From: Bacteroidales bacterium
GTDB lineage: Bacteria; Bacteroidota; Bacteroidia; Bacteroidales; CAIWKO01
Assembly: GCA_035389045.1 (NCBI GenBank)
Contig: DAOORA010000020.1
Span: 1 to 64,000 of the forward strand
Direction of reading: 5' to 3'
DNA length: 64,000 nucleotides
Positions within the stretch are counted from its first letter, which is position 1. Each line of letters begins with the position of its first letter. The position numbers were made by a program, and so were the translations under genes. Shown here one piece after another: positions 62,301 through 64,000 of this stretch. The notes beneath the pieces were generated by a model. That model saw only the letters and a program-made list of their open reading frames with translations, ran no database searches and was not told the origin of the DNA.

Positions 62301-64000
62301 GCCTTCATCTATTTTACAGTATATTCAAAAAACGATAAAACCATACCTGTAAACGATTTTGCATGGTTTGCAACCATCAAAGCCAAAGGTGAACCAGGCG
62401 AAGAAGCAACTTTTCTTGTAGGTACAAAAGAGCTGAATGTACACGTACTTATGGAAGTGGAAGTAAGGAATACCATCGTGCAGAAACAATGGCTCAAATT
62501 AAACAATGAATTAAAAAATATCAATATACCTATAAAAGAAGAATACCGCGGCAACTTTGCAGTGCACTTCACTTTTATCCGCCAGGGCAGAGTGTACCGG
62601 TATGATGTTAACGTAGAAGTCCCTTATACAAACAAAGAGCTGGATATTAACTTTGAGACGTTCCGCAACAAACTGGAACCTGGCCAGAAAGAAGAATGGA
62701 AAATCAGGATAAAAAGTAAAAACGGAGAAAAAGCTGCTGCAGAGATGCTTGCGGGTATGTATGATGCCTCACTGGACGCCTACCGGTCAAATTCCTGGTA
62801 TCTGGCACTCTTCAGCAATTTCTACATGAGACAGCAGTGGGAAACATCCAATGGATTTTCCACAGAAGTATCAAACATCTACACCGTGAACTGGAACCCA
62901 TACGTATATTTTCACTACCGTTATTATGATTACCTTAACTGGTTTGGCTATGACAGTTATTATTACCGCTATGCTAACAGAGGAGATTATGAATATGATT
63001 ATTTTGAAGCCAATCAACCGGTATCTATGGATGAAGTGGTTACTGCCGCTGAATCAACCGGAGGAAAAAGAGTTGCAAAAACTGTTTTGGCACAAGGCCA
63101 GGCTGGCGGAATGACAGAAGCTGCAGACAACATCGATAGCAGAGAAAAAAAAGACGATTCTTACAAAACGGCAAACACAGGATTGTTGGATGGAACTGTA
63201 GCAGGCGAAATTGCAAAAGACAAAGATCTGAATTTCAGCGATATAAAAACACGTACCAATTTTAACGAAACCGCATTTTTCTATCCTCACCTGCTCACCA
63301 ACGAAAACGGAGAAATTATAATTTCTTTCACCGTGCCCGAAGCGCTTACAAAATGGAAATTCATGGGACTTGCCCATACCAAAGATCTTAAAATTGGCAC
63401 TATACAAAAGGAGGTGCTTACACAAAAAGACCTGATGGTTGTTCCTAACCCTCCCCGCTTCTTCCGCGAAAACGACCGTATCGTTTTTTCCTCTAAAATA
63501 ACCAATCTCTCAGCAGACTCAATAAACGCCTATGCCACCTTAATGCTTTTCAATGCGGAAACCCAGCAGCCTATTGATGTATTGACAGGCAATACCGATC
63601 AGGTGAAATGTGTTGGCATACCCAAAGGACAGAGCAAGGCGGTAGAGTGGTCAATATCCATACCCGAGAACATTCCGGCCATCACTTACAAAGTTGTGGC
63701 CAAAGCCGGAAACTTCACCGATGGCGAGGAAATGATCATTCCTGTTTTAACAAACCGTATGCTGGTCACCGAAACCATGCCGCTACCCATACGCGGAAAC
63801 CAGGTTAAGAATTTCAATTTCGAAAAACTCATCAACGCATACAAATCCAACACACTGAAAAACTATAAACTTACTCTCGAATTCACATCCAACCCATCGT
63901 GGTATGCGGTTCAGGCGCTCCCATACATGATCGAATATCCCTACGAATGTACCGAGCAGATATTCAGCCGTTTTTATGCCAACAGCATTGCTACTTACAT
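59394..64000 (+). CDS. Bacterial alpha-2-macroglobulin (3' end lies beyond the window)
   Basis: Absent from the ORF track, which lists only stop-terminated ORFs. ATG at 59394, leader MKTIKIIALILLVSV; FTDRMIYRPGQ, VEEYKRPKFEV, RTNFNETAFFYP; in-frame thioester motif YPYECTEQ (Cys at 63948). Confidence 0.93.
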   Translation, partial: MKTIKIIALILLVSVTAIAVKSVIPAFFSERSAGVMISPNDDYNKLWAKADSLLNKGLTRSAIEVVQVIYEKAKLENNTGNFVKAVTYKLRLESYISEDDYVKEINDLNKEAAEARFPIKPVIHSMIAEVYWKYYQNNRYKFLNRTETVDFVPEDIRTWDLRKIVEQSIKYYQLSLENVDSLKNTSINVYDEIIVKQGGDSKNFRPTLYDFLIHRAIDFFANEEPGLVSPVNRFEIDKAEFFAPYDSYIIFQIKTNDKYSLNYYAARLFQDLLDFHKNDADPRSLIDNDLKRLKFMKQKSINPDKDTLFMQALETLNKKFESFPASSEVIYEIANYYYQQGATYASTNDESDRWKLKKAYEICDIAIKKFPDAFGSNNCKYLQSKIREKSLTFTSEEVNVPGKPFRGLLSYHNLNKVYIRICKADYKWYDKLISQYYYDDKLIQPLLKLTPQKTFSVDITTPGDYQSHSAEIKIPELEAGFYVILIGTDAGFTYNTEAIAYSSFWMSNLSYLKRTTESGKTQFVVMNRENGQAVKGVSAQVYNEIYNYASRRYEYHSGPVYLTDENGMFEVVSTSNNYNNSYIEFNYSNDKLKSTVFYQYKSYKNEKKKYNRTIFFTDRMIYRPGQTIYFKGILLETDGENSVIKPGIESNVVFYDVNYQKVSEIKLTSNEYGTFSGSFTIPTGLLNGQMHIADNWGSIYFSVEEYKRPKFEVKFEPVKGSYKLGEKVTVKGTAVAYAGSNIDNAQVKYRVVRTARFPYWWYYWYGYYPNSPQMEITNGNTTTDDKGEYTIEFTAIPDYKVSRKSDPVFSYVIYADVTDINGETRSSQTTVNAGYKALMVAVGLPGEIEKSSKDPFVISTTNLSGTYEYATGSIIIHKLKQPEKLFRSRLWKEPDIKLISKNDYYQWFPYDLYEDENNTSRWAKESKVMEYDFDTEKDSLMHIPNLSTWQSGQYVLEITSVDKFGEKVQAFIYFTVYSKNDKTIPVNDFAWFATIKAKGEPGEEATFLVGTKELNVHVLMEVEVRNTIVQKQWLKLNNELKNINIPIKEEYRGNFAVHFTFIRQGRVYRYDVNVEVPYTNKELDINFETFRNKLEPGQKEEWKIRIKSKNGEKAAAEMLAGMYDASLDAYRSNSWYLALFSNFYMRQQWETSNGFSTEVSNIYTVNWNPYVYFHYRYYDYLNWFGYDSYYYRYANRGDYEYDYFEANQPVSMDEVVTAAESTGGKRVAKTVLAQGQAGGMTEAADNIDSREKKDDSYKTANTGLLDGTVAGEIAKDKDLNFSDIKTRTNFNETAFFYPHLLTNENGEIIISFTVPEALTKWKFMGLAHTKDLKIGTIQKEVLTQKDLMVVPNPPRFFRENDRIVFSSKITNLSADSINAYATLMLFNAETQQPIDVLTGNTDQVKCVGIPKGQSKAVEWSISIPENIPAITYKVVAKAGNFTDGEEMIIPVLTNRMLVTETMPLPIRGNQVKNFNFEKLINAYKSNTLKNYKLTLEFTSNPSWYAVQALPYMIEYPYECTEQIFSRFYANSIATY

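Noticed and set aside
277..63808. Numerous short antisense or alternative-frame ORFs in the track
   Set aside because: They overlap well-supported genes and have no recognisable motifs

Overview
Chromosomal window from an anaerobic Bacteroidota (Bacteroidales-like) genome, judged from PorQ, T9SS cargo and TAnnTTTG promoter boxes. It contains one 100-N scaffold gap at 31009-31108. Housekeeping and metabolic genes include glpK, an aminotransferase plus 2-oxoacid:ferredoxin oxidoreductase operon, uvrB, three rhomboids, an acyl-CoA dehydrogenase, smpB, an S41 protease, ribD, porQ, peptidases and an alpha-2-macroglobulin that runs off the right end. Four things stand out. (1) A ~1365-aa dikinase that keeps the PPDK ATP-grasp and phospho-His domains but lacks the pyruvate-binding barrel and carries an ~880-aa unrecognised N-terminus; it is followed by a divergent GAPDH-fold enzyme and SsnA/HydA-like amidohydrolases. 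(2) A surface-fibre locus: two secreted proteins share an N-terminal module but have different tips (one a DGR-type C-type-lectin end), and they flank a T9SS protein. (3) Several single accessory genes are each bracketed by matched repeats: a four-helix-bundle gene between inverted heptamer arrays inside an operon, two ATPase-nuclease genes, and the lectin-tipped fibre gene between 194-bp direct repeats. (4) Intergenic DNA is dense in REP/MITE-like palindromes. I found no rRNA, tRNA, CRISPR array, transposase, integrase or reverse transcriptase. All family calls come from motif recognition by eye; no searches were run.
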